Part shown: positions 61,701 through 64,000 of the stretch, piece after piece
How the letters are laid out: each line of letters begins with the position of its first letter
Numbering within the stretch: the stretch's first letter is position 1
From: Malacoraja senta
Taxonomy: Eukaryota
Reading direction: 5' to 3'
DNA: 64,000 nucleotides
Assembly: GCA_038087875.1 (NCBI GenBank)
Contig: CM075998.1
Location: forward strand, 4,156,001-4,220,000
The notes under the pieces: generated by a model
What the model saw: the letters and a program-made list of their open reading frames with translations, nothing else
What the model was told of the DNA's origin: nothing
Database searches by the model: none
Translations under genes and position numbers: made by a program

Positions 61701-61846
61701 AATGTCACAAGGTGCTATGTCAAAGTTGGCATTGCTTTTGGAAGAGAGAGTTGCTCACAAACGGAGGACGGGATTCATTCGTTCTTTCCGACCAATTTTC
61801 CCTTCGATTTCGTGAAGCAATTTTATTCCTTTTCTTTCCATCCAGA

Positions 61847-61912
61847 ATGACAGAGAAAGAGGCGTTGAATGATTCCAACTCTCCGCAGCACGATGAACAA
61901 TCTGGATCTCCG
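61847..61912 (+). CDS. STAC3: STAC3 first coding exon: MTEKEALNDSNSPQHDEQSGSP (exon 61846-61912; rest of gene not recognised in window)
   Basis: Strong acceptor tttctttccatccAG 61844-61845, 1 nt of UTR, ATG 61847, 22 codons, phase-0 donor GTaaag 61913. The MTEKE start and exon size match recalled human STAC3, which lies just 3' of R3HDM2. Confidence 0.8.
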
Positions 61913-62561
61913 GTAAAGTTGGCCGTGTTGTCTTGTTGAGTTGATACCACGCTGCTTGCGGGAGCAGAGAGACTGGCTCCTATTCACAGAGATGCGGTGC
62001 TGAGGAGCTGAGTGATCAGAGTGTACGGGTGGAATGGGTCAATTTGGAAGATGAAACTAAATTTCTCCTTCCTCCAATGATGTGATCCAGTGAAAGATAC
62101 TACAATGAATAAATTATTATCAGACTTGTCTTTCCCTTGCAAAATGACCTGGAATGTGGTCCCCCAACCTCCAGAGAATTCCAGACCAATGACATCAATG
62201 TTGACTCACAGTTGGTTGCCAACCTCTGATTTAAGATGAGATTGGGCATTTACTCTCGGGCAGCAGATCCATGAATCACCTGTAGAATGGTGCTGTGTTG
62301 GTTATTTTTGTCAGAGGTTTCTTGGCCAGCTCATGTAGAAGATTGTAAACTTCACGCCAGTGGCGAGGCTAAGGTTGGGCCGTATTGCAGGTTTGTCAGA
62401 GAATGGATGGTGTACACAACCAGTAAATGCAAAGGGATCCTGTGTTTGTTTATGAGCCAGTTTAATGTCTCCTACCAAAGGAAGACAGATACTCAACAAG
62501 CAAAGAGGTGAAAGGTTATTGGAAGTAGATGGGAATGCAGTGACGAGGTTACAATCAGATT

Positions 62562-62860
62562 TTAGTTTACTTCAGAGATGGAAGCAGGTCCTTCAGCCCA
62601 TCAAGTCCACGGCAACCATCGATCACCTATTGACACTAGTTCTGTGTTATCTGACTTACTCATCCATTCTCTTACACACCAGGGGCAGTTTACAGAGAGC
62701 CAATTAATCCATAAACCTGCGCATCTTTGGGATGTGGGAGGAAACCGGATCAACCGGAGGAAACCCATGCGGTCACAGGGAGAACGTGCAAATGCCACAG
62801 GCAGACTGCACCCGAGGTCAGGATCGAACCAGGATTTCTCTGATGCTGTGACCACCTCTA
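62562..62860 (-). mobile_element. Diverged HE1-type V-SINE
   Basis: V-domain and tail recognisable. Confidence 0.75.
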
Positions 62861-63114
62861 ATCAGCCTGGTTTTCACTTACATTATCAACCTTGCTCTTT
62901 ATTACTATCTATATTGTTTGGTGGTACAGGTTGTGGGTTTAAGAATGATCGTTGGAGTAGCCTGAGTGAGTAACTGCCTTGCAGTTTGTAGTGGAAGGAA
63001 TGAATCTTTAGGTGGCTGATGGGGAGGCAATGAAGTGGGCTGCTTTGTTCTGTGTTGAGTTTCTCGGGAATTGTTGGGGCTGCCTTCATCCACGCAAGTG
63101 GAGAGTTTTCCATC

Positions 63115-63406
63115 ATGGTGGCGCAGCGGTGGAGCTACTGCCTTAACAGCGCCAGAGACCCAGGTTCGATCCTGACTATGGGGGCTGTCTGTACGGAGTT
63201 TGTACGTTCTCCCCGTGACCTGCACGGGTTTTTGCGGTGATCTTCGGTTTCCTCCCACACTGCACAGGTTTGAAGGCTAATTTGCTTGATATAATTGTAA
63301 ATTGTCCCTAGTGTGTTCAGGATAATGTTAGTGTGCGGGGATCGCTGTTCGGCACGGACTCGGTGGGCTGAGGGGCCTGTTTCCATGCTGTATCTCTAAA
63401 CTAAAC
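63115..63406 (+). mobile_element. HE1-type V-SINE
   Basis: Same consensus. Confidence 0.85.
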
Positions 63407-63689
63407 TCCTGACCTGTGCCTTGTAGATGGTGCAAAGGGTTTGGGGTGTCAGGGGGTGAGTCACACACCATGGGATACCAGCCGCCGACCTAGTTTTGTA
63501 GCCACATTGTTTATTTTTATGTGCCTAGCCAGTTGCAGACTTGGTGATGGTAATACTAGTGATCGTCAAATGCGGGTGGTTAGACTCTGCCTTGTTGGAG
63601 AGGGTCACACTCTCTGGCACCTCTGTGGCATGAATGTTATTTATCACTTATCAGCCCATCCATGAATGTTGTCTGGATCGTGTTACACA

Positions 63690-63985
63690 CGGGCATGAGT
63701 ATCCCATGCCTGGAATACTGTCTAGGAGTTGTGAGCATTATACAATCACCAGTGGCCATCCCCAATACTGAGCTGATGATGGAAGGAAGGTCACTGATGG
63801 AACAGCTGAAGATGGCTGGGCCCAGGACACTGCCCTGAGGAACTCCTGCAGTGAGGTCCTGGGGCTGGGATGATGGACCTCCAATAACTACAACCACCTT
63901 CCTCTGCGAGGTAACTCCCACCGAAGTAGACTTCAGAGTTACCAGGGGTCCTTGATCCCACACTCGGTCACATCTGCATTCTGCT
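63690..63985 (-). mobile_element. Old CR1-like RT fragment (a related piece lies at ~57240-57460, +)
   Basis: GVPQGSVLGP.IFSC.I.DLP motif. Confidence 0.75.
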
Positions 63986-64000
63986 CTGTGGTCCAAGTGT

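Overview
This is vertebrate genomic DNA, almost certainly from a cartilaginous fish and probably a skate or ray. The repeat content supports this: HE1-type V-SINEs, HER1/CR1 tails and Neptune-type Penelope elements. The + strand carries the last eight recognisable coding exons of R3HDM2 (9363-47735). These have canonical AG/GT splice sites and consistent phases, and encode about 416 aa ending ...RILERASSQ*. About 14 kb downstream is the first coding exon of STAC3 (61847-61912), the same gene order I recall for human. There is a 200-N gap at 8887-9086. Nearly all ORFs in the track are retroelement debris or simple repeats. The top finding is a ~143-bp TSD-flanked SINE-like element (31292-31836, minus strand). 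Its first 54 nt fold into a complete minimal HDV/CPEB3-type ribozyme with G1 exactly at the TSD edge, and it is hidden because a hAT MITE later inserted into it. Other findings are a frame-preserving 21-nt microexon candidate, Penelope pLTR derivatives whose breakpoints cluster at a minimal hammerhead motif, and several locally templated duplications. Gene and repeat-family names come from recalled sequences, not database searches, and most repeat boundaries are approximate.
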